Shown: in pieces, positions 27,367 through 40,597 of the stretch | Layout: each line of letters begins with the position of its first letter | How positions within the stretch are numbered: the first letter of the stretch is position 1 | Origin: an uncultured Acidimicrobiia bacterium | Lineage (GTDB): Bacteria > Actinomycetota > Acidimicrobiia > Spongiisociales > JAENVV01 | Length of the DNA stretch: 64,000 nucleotides | Reading direction: 5' to 3' | NCBI GenBank assembly: GCA_965366365.1 | Contig: CBDUEV010000007.1 | Coordinates: 774 to 64,773, forward strand | Notes under the pieces: model-generated | Seen by the model: the letters and a program-made list of their open reading frames with translations, nothing else | Database searches by the model: none | Told to the model about the DNA's origin: nothing | Position numbers and translations under genes: made by a program

Positions 27367-28479
27367 ATGACGTTGCCGCCCCTCTCGGATTTCCCGGCGC
27401 TCATCGGTGCCGCTGCTTCCGTGGTTGGCGAGTCGGACCTCACCGACGTCTTAGCCAAGACGGTGGAAACCGCGATGCAGCTCACCGGGGCACGGTACGG
27501 CGCTCTCGGGGTGGTCGGGGAACACGGAACTCTCATCGAGTTCCTCCATCGGGGAATGGACGAGGAAACCGCCGCCAGGGTGGGTCCGCTCCCCACTGGA
27601 AAAGGTGTTCTCGGGACGCTCATGAAAGGCGAGGGACCGGTGCGACTCGATCGGATCTCGAGTCACCCGGAGTCGAGCGGTTTTCCGGCCCACCACCCGG
27701 CGATGGAATCCTTCCTCGGGGTCCCGATCCAGATTGGGAGCCGGGTCTTCGGCAACCTCTACCTCACCGACAAGCCGGGGGGGTTCACGGAGGAGGACGA
27801 GCACATCGTCACGTCCCTCTCGATCGTGGCCGGGTCTGCGGTGTCCACCGCCCGCCTCCACGCCCGGCTCCGCCGAGTGGCGGTGGTGGAGGACAGAGAG
27901 CGAATCGCCCGCGATCTCCATGACGCCATCATCCAGGACCTGTTCGCGGTTGGCCTGTCTCTCCAGGGCTTGTCACTCCGCGTTGCCGAACCAGGGGTGC
28001 AAGGCGCCATCGACGACGCAGTCCATCGCCTCGATGAGGCGATTGCGTCACTACGGCGGTTCATCTTCGGGCTCCGTCCTCCGGTGTGGACGGACCGAAA
28101 CCTCGTCACCGAGGTGGCCGACCTTCTCGGTCAGATCTCCGCCCCGTACTCGGCCAAGGTCGAGCTGATCGCCGGAAAGCTCGACACCATCTCCGGCGCC
28201 ATCGTGGAGCATTGCCTCCACATGATCCGCGAAGCAACCAGCAACGCACTGCGCCACTCAGGCGCCTCGACCATCCAGGTGACCCTCGACAGAATCGACG
28301 ACGAGATCATCGCCACGATCTCGGATGATGGCGTGGGCTTCGACGTCGAGACCGCCCCACGCGGGCTCGGCCTCGACAACCTCGAGATGCGGGCAGCCGA
28401 CCTCGCCGGCTCAGTGAAGATCAGGACCAGACCGGGGGCAGGTACCGCAGTATCGATCAGGATTCCAACCGACGATTGA
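27367..28479 (+). CDS. GAF-domain sensor histidine kinase (HisKA_3 type, DevS/DosS-like)
   Basis: N-terminal GAF (YGALGVVGEHG...FGNLYLTDK), H-box RIARDLHDAIIQDLF, N-box REATSNALRHS, G-box DDGVGF...GLGLDNL. Confidence 0.88.
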   Translation: MTLPPLSDFPALIGAAASVVGESDLTDVLAKTVETAMQLTGARYGALGVVGEHGTLIEFLHRGMDEETAARVGPLPTGKGVLGTLMKGEGPVRLDRISSHPESSGFPAHHPAMESFLGVPIQIGSRVFGNLYLTDKPGGFTEEDEHIVTSLSIVAGSAVSTARLHARLRRVAVVEDRERIARDLHDAIIQDLFAVGLSLQGLSLRVAEPGVQGAIDDAVHRLDEAIASLRRFIFGLRPPVWTDRNLVTEVADLLGQISAPYSAKVELIAGKLDTISGAIVEHCLHMIREATSNALRHSGASTIQVTLDRIDDEIIATISDDGVGFDVETAPRGLGLDNLEMRAADLAGSVKIRTRPGAGTAVSIRIPTDD

Positions 28480-28498
28480 GCGCCCGTCTCGCCGACGG

Positions 28499-28969
28499 TC
28501 AGCCCGCGTCGGCCAGCGCATGCTCCAAGGCCGCCGACACCCGGTCGACGAAGCCCTTGACCGAGGCCTCGGCGATCCGATGAAACACGGCCCTGTCGAG
28601 GGCCTTTCCGACGGCTCCCAACGGTGGGTCGTAGTTGCCGCGCAGACTCACCTGGCAGGAATGGGGCCCGATCGGAGCCAGCACGAGGTCGGCGTCGAGG
28701 CGGGGAAACAAACCAGGGGTACCGGTGGCCGTCCACGTGACCGGAATGGTGATGTGTCGGGTGCCGCGAATCGGGTCACCACTCGAGAGATGCACCGCCT
28801 TGGCCAGGAGATGCCCGTCGGTGACGGCCAGCCTGCCCCGCAGCGTCTCTCCTTCGCGATAGGCGGCGCCTGCCCACTCCTCCAACGGCAACGTCACGAA
28901 GAGGTCTCCGATGTCCCGAAATCCGCGATCGACATTGGCGAAGTAGTAGATGAACATCTCGGTCTCCAC
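28499..28969 (-). CDS. Hypothetical protein (possibly SRPBCC-like fold)
   Basis: 156-aa ORF with coding-like composition. I recognise no motif. Confidence 0.4.
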   Translation of the reverse strand: METEMFIYYFANVDRGFRDIGDLFVTLPLEEWAGAAYREGETLRGRLAVTDGHLLAKAVHLSSGDPIRGTRHITIPVTWTATGTPGLFPRLDADLVLAPIGPHSCQVSLRGNYDPPLGAVGKALDRAVFHRIAEASVKGFVDRVSAALEHALADAG

Positions 28970-29164
28970 TTGTCATCTTCCGGCCGCCAGGCGCGAAGCG
29001 GCCGATCTGCATTCACCTTATGGCCCACCCCTCTCGACTCCTAGGGCCTGTGGTCACCAGCTACTAGGGCCGCCGGGCCTTGAAACGGAGCAATCCGGGC
29101 TGCCACTCGATAATACTGGGTGGGGTATGATGGTTGGGCCCCACCCTTCGAGAGGAACCGCAAG

Positions 29165-29566
29165 ATGAACCAGGAACGATACGGACTCACGGTGCACACC
29201 GATATGCCCACCGACGAAGCGGAGGCGGCTATTCGCGCCGCGCTCGATGAGCAAGGATTCGGGATTCTCACCGAGATCGACCTGGCCGCCACCCTTCACA
29301 AGAAGCTCGGCGTGGAACGGCCTGCCTACAAGATCCTCGGCGCCTGCAATCCCACTCTCGCCAACCGAGCCGTGGACGCCGAGCAAGCTATCGGGCTTCT
29401 CCTTCCCTGCAACATCGCCGTCTACGAGACGGCCGACGGGGGCACCGTGGTAGCTGCCATGGAACCGGAGCTGATGGCGACGATGACCGACAATCCGGAG
29501 CTGGCCGACGTCGCCGCAGAGGCAAAACGCAGAATCTCGCTGGCTCTGACCAGTCTGGAGCAGTAA
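29165..29566 (+). CDS. DUF302-domain protein
   Basis: GFGILTEIDLAATLHKKLG...YKILGACNP...LLPCNIAVYE is the DUF302 signature. ATG 29165 preceded by GAGAGGA. Confidence 0.75.
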   Translation: MNQERYGLTVHTDMPTDEAEAAIRAALDEQGFGILTEIDLAATLHKKLGVERPAYKILGACNPTLANRAVDAEQAIGLLLPCNIAVYETADGGTVVAAMEPELMATMTDNPELADVAAEAKRRISLALTSLEQ

Positions 29567-29641
29567 ACGGGGGAAGAACGGCCGAGCGCGTAGGGTCCTA
29601 CGTCCCTAGGCGAGCGCACCGACTTTGGCGAATCTTCGGGC

Positions 29642-29890
29642 ATGCAGATGTTCGATACGGAGTTCGAGTGGCAGAAGCAGGCGGCGTGCCGAGGGATGTC
29701 CCCCGGCGTGTTCTTCCCGCCCCAGGGCGACAGGCGAGCGCTCAAGCTCGCTCGATCCGTGTGCGAGGGGTGTCAGGTCGCTGATTACTGCCTGATGGCG
29801 GGATGGGAACAGAACGATGGCATCTTCGGAGGCAAGACGGCCACCGAGCGACGACGACTGCGCAGGCAGGAATCGATAGGTGCCGGGTAG
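29642..29890 (+). CDS. WhiB-family (Wbl) Fe-S transcription factor
   Basis: Cys pattern AACRG...CEGCQVADYC plus a GIFGG turn and a basic C-terminal tail (ERRRLRRQ). Confidence 0.88.
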   Translation: MQMFDTEFEWQKQAACRGMSPGVFFPPQGDRRALKLARSVCEGCQVADYCLMAGWEQNDGIFGGKTATERRRLRRQESIGAG

Positions 29891-30569
29891 CCGGCGCCGG
29901 TTCGGAGGACTGAGCTCCTTCGATCACGTCCTGGCGGTGGTGGCCCATCCCCACGACGAGTCACATGCGCTCGGCGGCCTGATCGCCAGACTGACCAAAT
30001 TCGATGCCTCGGTGGACGTCCTCACGATGAGTGGTGGCACACCGAAACCAGACCATGCCGCACTCGCCGAGTACCGAAAGGCCGCCACACTGTTGGGCGC
30101 CCGATCGGCTCTGGTGGGACCGCGTCCCGACGATCCGCTCGAAGAACAGCCCGTCGAACAACTGGCCGGCGTCATCACCGACACCATCGTGGATCTGGGT
30201 GTCGACGCGCTCCTCACCTTCGACACCAACGGCGTCACCGGCAGTGCAGACCATCGGAAGACCACCGAAGCTGTGCTCCATGCCGCCCGCCAAAACGATC
30301 TGCCTGTGGTCGGGTGGACGATCTCGGCTCGGGTGGCCCGTTCACTCAACCAGGAGTTCCAGACCGAGTTCAGAGGCAGAAGCGAGTTTGAGATCGACTT
30401 CGTGGTTCCGACCAGTCGCAAGAAGCAGTTGAGGGCGATCGCGGCTCACCGAAGCGAGGCTGCCGCGGCGCCGCTCGTCTACCGCCGACTCGAGTTGAGC
30501 GGGCCCATCGAATGGACCCGCTGGCTCCGGCGCCCCGATGGCAAACCCGTCGTCGAAGGATGGTCGTGA
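29880..30569 (+). CDS. PIG-L/LmbE-family deacetylase
   Basis: VLAVVAHPHDES (a variant of AHPDDE) and later GSADHRKT. GTG start overlaps whiB by 11 nt; the start is uncertain. Confidence 0.7.
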   Translation: MPGSRRRFGGLSSFDHVLAVVAHPHDESHALGGLIARLTKFDASVDVLTMSGGTPKPDHAALAEYRKAATLLGARSALVGPRPDDPLEEQPVEQLAGVITDTIVDLGVDALLTFDTNGVTGSADHRKTTEAVLHAARQNDLPVVGWTISARVARSLNQEFQTEFRGRSEFEIDFVVPTSRKKQLRAIAAHRSEAAAAPLVYRRLELSGPIEWTRWLRRPDGKPVVEGWS

Positions 30570-30694
30570 GGGCTCTCCCTCCCCCATCGCCACAATGCCA
30601 GGCCGATCGGCCCAGCTCGATGGGAATGAAGCCCCTGGGGGTCACGGCATCCAACCCGTAGCGTGGACAGGTCGAGAAAGGAAGAGGCCGAGAC

Positions 30695-30931
30695 ATGCCG
30701 ATGACCGTTGACCATCAGATCGATGCAACAGATTCTGTATGCCCGGGACCTCTCATGGACCTCATTCGGGCGATTCGAGAGGCGAGAGTCGGGGAAAGCG
30801 TCGCCGTGCTGTCGGCGGACCCGGCCTCCGCAATGGATATTCCAGCCTGGGTGGCGACCGCCGGGCACGAATTCCTTGCCCAGGAGCGGTTCGGCGATCA
30901 GGTCCGGTATGTGGTGAAGAAAGTGAGATGA
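30695..30931 (+). CDS. TusA/SirA-family sulfur-carrier protein
   Basis: 78 aa with DATDSVCPGPLMDL (CPxP active-site motif). Confidence 0.8.
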   Translation: MPMTVDHQIDATDSVCPGPLMDLIRAIREARVGESVAVLSADPASAMDIPAWVATAGHEFLAQERFGDQVRYVVKKVR

Positions 30932-31011
30932 ACGATTTGGCAGTGGCTGCCTTCGTGGCAGCCGGCCACTTGGCATGCCGATCTCAGCTAGCCCTCAGAT
31001 CGGCAGCCACA

Positions 31012-31045
31012 GAAGACCGCCCGGGCCCACCACCGGGCGGTCTTC
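31012..31045. terminator. 13-bp stem hairpin (GAAGACCGCCCGG-8 nt-CCGGGCGGTCTTC) between convergent tusA-like and DHODH-like genes
   Basis: Read directly from the sequence. Confidence 0.6.
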
Positions 31046-31098
31046 GCGTTCGCTGCTTGCCGTGACGGGTGCGACACGGTGCCCACCCGCCGCTGCGG

Positions 31099-32096
31099 TC
31101 ATGGCACGTACGTCGTCAGGGCCCTCATGTAGTTCTGGCGTTCAAACGCTGACGGGTTCGGCGCGTTGATCTGGCTCATGGACCCGCGCAGCTGCTGCAC
31201 GGATTCGTATTCGTTCTCCTCCAGCCACTCCGCGAGGTCCGTGACGAGGTCACGCAAATACAGAGGCCCATGCTTCAGGAGTGCGGCGGTCGTCATTGTC
31301 ACGTCCGCCCCGGCCATGAGCAGCTTGACGGCATCACGAGCCGTGTGGACGCCGGAAGTGGCGGCGAACTGCGTGTCGACGCGCCCATACAGCATGGCGA
31401 TCCATCGCAGAGGAAGTCGAGCGTCCTCGGAGGTAGACAACTCCAGATTGGCTTCGACCTCCAGTTCGTCGGGATCGATGTCCGGTTGGTAGAAGCGGTT
31501 GAACAGTACGAGAGCGTCCGCCCCCGCCGCCGCCAATCGGGTGGCCATGTTGCCGAACGAACTGAAATAGGGACCGACCTTGACCGACAGAGGAATGGAG
31601 ATCGCCTGCTTGACGCCGGCCACCAGCTCGAGGTACTGCTCTTCGACCGTGTCAGCGGTCACGTGCGGGTTCCCCGCCACGAGATAGATGTTCAACTCCA
31701 GCGCATCCGCCCCAGCTTCCTCCATCGTTGTCGCGTAGCGGGTCCAACCTCCCAAGGTGGTCCCGTTCAAGCTGGCGATCACGGGAATCTCGAGCGCTCG
31801 CTTGGCCACACTGATCAGGCCCACGTAGTCGCCCGGCCCGGTGTTGTAGTCGTTCAGCTCCGGGAAATACCCGTGGGCAGACTCGGCGAAGCCCCCAGCC
31901 GTCATCTCGAACAGGTCGGCGAGCTGCGTCGATTCGTGCTCGATCTGTTCCTCGAACAGCGAGGGAAGGACGACGGCCGGGGCTCCGGCGTCTTCGAGAA
32001 CCTTCAGCGAGTCGAGCGAACCCGTGATTGGGGATGCCGACGGGACGATCGGATGGGCCAATTCGAGGCCCAGGTAGGTGGTACTCAGGTCGACGC

Positions 32097-32100
<4 letters not shown>
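31099..32100 (-). CDS. Dihydroorotate-dehydrogenase-like TIM-barrel flavoprotein (not assigned as pyrD)
   Basis: Class-1 DHODH-like sequence (LELAHPIVPSASP..., NIYLV..., GADALVLFNRF). Start ATG overlaps the PFOR stop by 4 nt. Confidence 0.7.
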
Positions 32101-35714
<3,614 letters not shown>

Positions 35715-36033
35715 TACTCCATCATCGACGAAACGTCATCGTCCCTCATCGTCGCACATGCAATCAAGGGCCGCTGGTCCTACCCGGCGGGGGCGGAGGT
35801 CACCAACTTGGGTCGTTCGACCCTTGCGCCGCCCGCCGAGCGGACGTACAACAGACCTAGTTGTAGGAGTCGGAGCTAACGGTCGGCCCCAGGGGGGCGA
35901 GACGCAGGGTTTGGCGGCCTCAGGTCAGCGGAATACGCCAACCCGCCTCGAGGGAAGCGTTCGCTCCGGCTCCTTTCCGTCGCCCTGTTCGTTCACCCAG
36001 TCCTCGTGCTATCGCCGCAGACTTGGCGGCGGC

Positions 36034-38781
36034 TCACGTCTGATGCGTTCCCGCAACGGAGGGGACATCGATGAGTTCGGGCGACCAACCCTCGGCAATC
36101 GGAACAACTCTCATGCGGGCATCGACGACCACCGCTCCTTCGCCGGGGGCGAGCACCTTGACCGGGTTGAGATCCATCTCCACGAGTTCGGGTACTGCCT
36201 CGATGAGCGCCGAGATGCGCAGCAGGGTCTCCTCGGTAGCCGGGACGTCTCCCGGTGGGAAGCCGCGGTAGCCGTCGAGAAGCCGCGAAGCTTTGATCTC
36301 GTGGACCATCTCACCCGCCTCCCGATCAGTGATCGGGTGGACGCGGAAGGAGACGTCACCCAACAGCTCCACGTACACTCCTCCGAGCCCGAACACGATG
36401 AGGGGACCAAAGCTGGGGTCTTCGGTCATGCCGATCAGAACCTCGTGACCCCCGCTGATCATCTCTTGCACCAAGACGCCTTCGGGGTCGGGAACCGCGT
36501 TGGTCACCCGGTCGTAGGCTGCTCGCACCTCGTCGTCGCCTTCGCGGTAGAGCTCCACCCCACCGACGTCGGATTTGTGGAGGGCCGAGGGTGAGATGAC
36601 CTTCATCGCCACAGGTCCGCCGATCTCGGCTGCCGCGGCGACGGCCTCGTCGGCCGAGAGCGCCGTGGCGGATTTGGGCAAGTGGATCCCGAAGGCAGCC
36701 AAGGCAGCCGCCACCTCGTCGGGTTCGAGCCATCCACCTTCCTCGCCGAGGCGCTCCAATGCCTCCTTGACCACCGCCTTCGCCGCGGCAGGATCGACAT
36801 CGTCGAAGGTGGGAATCTCCCCAAGCGGGGTGTTCAACCATTCCGCGTACTCGGTGGCTCGCACCAGGGCGAGCGCGGCGGCTTCCGGGAACTCGTAGGC
36901 GGGTATTGTGATCGCCTCGCTGGCGAGAGCGGCTCCGGCCCTCGAGGATTGCATCAGCACCGAGATCATCGTCTTGGAATCCTCGCCGTACTTCTCCCGG
37001 TGTTTGGTCGCCACCTCCATGACGGCTGCCGCAATGTCGGTGCCGGGGTCGTCGGTGGTGGGGATGTGAATCCCGATCACGGCGTCGATCTCGTCGCTCT
37101 CGAGGAGCGACTCGATGGAATGCGCATACGCCTCCGGACCGGCCGAGGCGATGAGGTCCACGGGATTGCGGGTCGATGCTTCGTCAGGCAACACCTTGCG
37201 GAGGTGCTTCTGGAGCTTCTCGCTGAACTCGGGAAGGCTCAATCCGGCCGACTCGATGGCATCGGCGGCCAGGATTCCCGGTCCGCCGGCGTTGGTCACC
37301 ACCCCGACCCGCCTGCCGCGCGGGAGCGGTTGGGATGAAAGCAGCGAGGCCACATCGAAGAGCTCTTCGATCGTGGTCGTGCGGATGACTCCGGTTTGGC
37401 GAAAGAGGGCGTCGACGGCGGTATCGACGCTGGCCAGCGCTCCGGTGTGGCTGCTCGCTGCCCGGGTTCCTGCGGCAGTACGGCCCGACTTGACGGCCAC
37501 GATCGGCTTCTTGCGAGCGACCCGTTTGGCGAGTCGGGCAAAGCGGCGAGGATTGCCGAAGGACTCGAGGTACAGCACGATCACATCCGTGGACGGATCG
37601 TTCTCCCAGCTCAGAATGAGGTCGTTGCCGGACACATCGGCCTTGTTGCCGACGGACACGAACGTGGAGATGCCGATGTTGTGTCGCCTGGCGTAGTCGA
37701 GGATGGCAATCCCCAACGCACCCGACTGCGACAGCATCGCCACGTTGCCCCTGGGCGGGTAGACCGGCGCAAAGGTTCCGTTCATGCTCACGGCCGGATC
37801 GGTGTTGAGGACCCCCATGCAGTTGGGGCCCACCATCCGCATGCCTGCGGTTCGCACGATCGACAGGAGTTCTTCCTCGGCGGCGGCGCCTTCGGGACCG
37901 AGTTCGGAGAAGCCGGCGGAGATCACCACGAGACCACGGACGCCCTTCTCGGCACAGTCGCGGACGACGCCGAGCACGAGGTGCGACGGCACCACGATGA
38001 TGGCGAGGTCGATGGCGTCGGGGACATCCAAGACACTCGAGTACGCCCGCACCGAGTTCACCACGTCGGAGTTGGGGTTGACCGGATACAGCACTCCCGA
38101 GAAGTCTGTCTTCATCAGGTTCTTGAACAGCCGACCGCCGATGCTGGCGGGGTTGCGGGAGGCGCCAACGACGGCAATCGAGCGCGGGTAGAAGATCGGG
38201 AGAATCGAGGCGGCGACCGCCCTCTGCTCACGGCGGGCCTCGGCGGCCCGCGCATCCTCGCCGTGCGTGAGCGGGAAATCGACGTGGTACACGCCCTCGT
38301 CGAGGGTGCGATGCAGCTCATACCCCGAGTTGCGGAAGACCCGCATCATCTGGAGGTTGTCTGGCAGAACGAATGCGCTGAAACGTTCCACATCGTGAGC
38401 GCGGGCATAGGTCGTGAGAAGCTGGAGAAGCTGCGTTCCCATCCCCCGCCCCTGCTCGGAATCGGACACCAAGAAGGCCACTTCGGCCAGCTTGGGGTCT
38501 TCCGTGTCGCGGTCGTAACGCCCGACACCCACCAGCTTGTCTTCGTGGTACACCACAAAGGCCATGCGGTCGATGTAGTCGACATGGGTGAAGTACTCGA
38601 CTTCTTCGTCTGTCAGTTTGTTCTTCACCCGGAAGAACCGGAAATACCGGCTTTGTTGACCCAGATCGTCGAAGAACTCGACGAGGGCTTTGGCGTCGTC
38701 TGGAGTGATGGGACGGAACTGGGCTATGCCCCCGTCGCGGAGGACGATGTCGAATTCATAAGCAGAGGGATACATCTGCAA
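36034..38781 (-). CDS. N-terminal GNAT acetyltransferase fused to an ADP-forming acyl-CoA synthetase-like module (CoA-binding, ligase-CoA, ATP-grasp). PatA-type protein acetyltransferase and/or acetate-CoA ligase (ADP-forming).
   Basis: 915 aa. GNAT motif A (QGRGMGTQLL), CoA-binding SIAVVGAS, SCS-like ASSHTGALAS histidine loop and a C-terminal ATP-grasp (VAMKVISPSALHKSDVGGV). Confidence 0.85.
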   Translation of the reverse strand: MQMYPSAYEFDIVLRDGGIAQFRPITPDDAKALVEFFDDLGQQSRYFRFFRVKNKLTDEEVEYFTHVDYIDRMAFVVYHEDKLVGVGRYDRDTEDPKLAEVAFLVSDSEQGRGMGTQLLQLLTTYARAHDVERFSAFVLPDNLQMMRVFRNSGYELHRTLDEGVYHVDFPLTHGEDARAAEARREQRAVAASILPIFYPRSIAVVGASRNPASIGGRLFKNLMKTDFSGVLYPVNPNSDVVNSVRAYSSVLDVPDAIDLAIIVVPSHLVLGVVRDCAEKGVRGLVVISAGFSELGPEGAAAEEELLSIVRTAGMRMVGPNCMGVLNTDPAVSMNGTFAPVYPPRGNVAMLSQSGALGIAILDYARRHNIGISTFVSVGNKADVSGNDLILSWENDPSTDVIVLYLESFGNPRRFARLAKRVARKKPIVAVKSGRTAAGTRAASSHTGALASVDTAVDALFRQTGVIRTTTIEELFDVASLLSSQPLPRGRRVGVVTNAGGPGILAADAIESAGLSLPEFSEKLQKHLRKVLPDEASTRNPVDLIASAGPEAYAHSIESLLESDEIDAVIGIHIPTTDDPGTDIAAAVMEVATKHREKYGEDSKTMISVLMQSSRAGAALASEAITIPAYEFPEAAALALVRATEYAEWLNTPLGEIPTFDDVDPAAAKAVVKEALERLGEEGGWLEPDEVAAALAAFGIHLPKSATALSADEAVAAAAEIGGPVAMKVISPSALHKSDVGGVELYREGDDEVRAAYDRVTNAVPDPEGVLVQEMISGGHEVLIGMTEDPSFGPLIVFGLGGVYVELLGDVSFRVHPITDREAGEMVHEIKASRLLDGYRGFPPGDVPATEETLLRISALIEAVPELVEMDLNPVKVLAPGEGAVVVDARMRVVPIAEGWSPELIDVPSVAGTHQT

Positions 38782-38854
38782 CAGTGTAAGGGATCCGACG
38801 CTCGCCCAAGCGGGACGTTAGACACAACCCAGGAGCCGAAGGCCCCGGGAGAGG

Positions 38855-39574
38855 TCATCCGGTCGCAATCTCCTCACGCAGCGCTTGGAGGCCCTCCCCT
38901 GGCTCCATGGCCAGCTCTCGGTCGAGGAGCCCTTCGAGCTCCCGGTAGGCCTTCAACGCTTCTGGTCGCCGCCCGGACCGCAGCAGCGCGGTCAAATACC
39001 CCAGCCAGAGACGCTCGTTGAACGGGAACTCGGTGACGGCGTTCCGCAGGCTCCCGACGATTTGACGATGGCGTCCGAGAGCCAGGTCGGCCTCCACGCA
39101 CACCTCCAACCCGTTCACTCGCACCTCGTCGAGGCGGGTCACTTCCAGCCGCAAGAAATCCCGATCCGCCAGGTCCCCGTACGGCACCCCTCTCCAGAGG
39201 TCGAAGGCTTCGAGGCAGAGCGCCCTCGCTTCCTCCGGCACCTCGGCGAGGGCCGCCCGCTCGATCAGGGTTTCGAACCTGTGGGCATCGATCTCGGCCG
39301 GGTGAGCCCGCAGAACGTACGAATGGTCGACCTGCTCGATCAGGTCGGGGCCGATGGCGTGCCGAAGACGACCTACCAGTGCGTGCAGCCGATGGAGGGC
39401 CGGGCGGGAATCGTCGCCCCAGATGTCGTACAAGAGGCGGTCGTAGGAGACGATTCTCCCAACGTGCAGGAGGAGATCGGCGAGCAGCGTCCGAGTGACC
39501 GACCCCCCAGGGCTGACCAGCCCGGCGTCCGACCGGACCTGGACTGGACCGAGGACAAAGAACCGCAGGGACAT
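38855..39574 (-). CDS. SARP/AfsR-family transcriptional regulator (winged helix plus BTAD)
   Basis: FFVLGPVQV..., OmpR-type DNA-binding region, then a BTAD helical domain (AHRFETL..., WRGVPYGDL..., YLTALLRSGRRPEALKAYRELEGLLDRELAMEP). Confidence 0.85.
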   Translation of the reverse strand: MSLRFFVLGPVQVRSDAGLVSPGGSVTRTLLADLLLHVGRIVSYDRLLYDIWGDDSRPALHRLHALVGRLRHAIGPDLIEQVDHSYVLRAHPAEIDAHRFETLIERAALAEVPEEARALCLEAFDLWRGVPYGDLADRDFLRLEVTRLDEVRVNGLEVCVEADLALGRHRQIVGSLRNAVTEFPFNERLWLGYLTALLRSGRRPEALKAYRELEGLLDRELAMEPGEGLQALREEIATG

Positions 39575-39742
39575 CTTCTCTCGTCACGGTATCCGCCGCC
39601 CAGCCGCGCCGCCAGGTACCAAAGACCAGTGCGCGACCCGGGACCGACGGGGGCCGGGGTGGGAGGGACCTGAGAGAGGGGGGCGTGTGCTCTGCGTGGG
39701 TGGCGGGTGGGCGTGGGGTGACCAGGACGATCGAAGCTGTCG

Positions 39743-40165
39743 ATGGACGACCAGAGAGAGGAGCCGACCATGACTGTGCTCAAGGACCGTCCGGACATTC
39801 GAGAGGTACCGAAGCTCGAGCGTCCACCTCGCCCCTGGTTTGGCTGGATCGTGTCGCTGGTGGTGCTGGTGATCGCCGGTGGGATCTGGCTCATCGCACG
39901 CGATGGAACCGACGATGAGTCGCCGGTTGCCGTCCCGGCCGAGGTGAGCGGAGAACTCGATAGCTTCGAGCGGAACGAGTTCGCCCGGTTCGAGAGGTTG
40001 GACCCGGCCGGCCTGGTGATCACTGCTGCGCCTGGCGGCGCCGATGGTCAAGACCTGGCGGAGGCAGCGCGGATCCGGGCCGCCAACAGCGGCGAGACCG
40101 AAGGTCTCGATCCCTTCGAGGTGGCAGAGCTGGCTCGTTTCATGCGCCTCGAACCGGAGGCGTGA
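39743..40165 (+). CDS. Hypothetical single-pass membrane protein
   Basis: One TM helix (WFGWIVSLVVLVIAGGIWLIA) and an acidic C-terminus with a repeated FE..E(F/L)ARF.RL(D/E)P motif. An alternative start lies at MTVLKD. Confidence 0.45.
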   Translation: MDDQREEPTMTVLKDRPDIREVPKLERPPRPWFGWIVSLVVLVIAGGIWLIARDGTDDESPVAVPAEVSGELDSFERNEFARFERLDPAGLVITAAPGGADGQDLAEAARIRAANSGETEGLDPFEVAELARFMRLEPEA

Positions 40166-40184
40166 ATACAGAGTTCAGAACGAC

Positions 40185-40214
40185 AAAGGCGACTCCGAAG
40201 CCGGAGTCGCCTTT
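40185..40214. terminator. 13-bp stem hairpin AAAGGCGACTCCG-aagc-CGGAGTCGCCTTT flanked by A/T runs; bidirectional terminator after rplQ
   Basis: Read directly from the sequence. Lies between the convergent hypothetical gene (+) and rplQ (-). Confidence 0.7.
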
Positions 40215-40246
40215 GGTGTGGATCTTGGTGTGGATCTTGGTTCTGA

Positions 40247-40597
40247 CTAGACCAGCTCGATCACTGCCATCTCGGCGTTGTCGCCGCGGCGTGGGCCGAT
40301 CTTGACGATGCGGGTGTAGCCACCGGAACGGTCCTCGTACTTCGGGCCGATTTCGTCGAAAAGTTTCGTGACGACTTCGGCATCCTCGATGAACTTGAGG
40401 ACCTGCCTGCGGTCGTGCAGCGAACCGCCCTTGGCTTTCGTGATGAGCTGCTCGGCGAAAGGTCGCACGGCCTTGGCCTTGGTGACCGTCGTCGTGATCT
40501 TGCCCTCCCAGAACAGCGAGGCTGACAGGTTCGACAGGATCGCCCTCTGGTGTGCCGAGCTCCCGCCCAGGCGCTTACCTTTGGCTGGACGTGGCAT
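40247..40597 (-). CDS. rplQ: 50S ribosomal protein L17
   Basis: [24 protein letters not shown]... and conserved order after rpoA. Confidence 0.95.
   Translation of the reverse strand: MPRPAKGKRLGGSSAHQRAILSNLSASLFWEGKITTTVTKAKAVRPFAEQLITKAKGGSLHDRRQVLKFIEDAEVVTKLFDEIGPKYEDRSGGYTRIVKIGPRRGDNAEMAVIELV

Noticed and set aside
29044-29076. Direct repeat CTAGGGCC ... CTAGGGCC, and the GGGTGGGG/CCCCACCC hairpin at 29118..29146, upstream of the DUF302 gene, considered as an operator or riboswitch
   Set aside because: The elements are too short, not recognisably related to any RNA family I know, and cannot be evaluated without comparative data.
40215-40238. ggtgtggatctt repeated twice in tandem downstream of the rplQ terminator; checked as a possible CRISPR or minisatellite seed
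   Set aside because: There are only two 12-nt units with no spacers and no further copies in the window. It is most likely trivial slippage.
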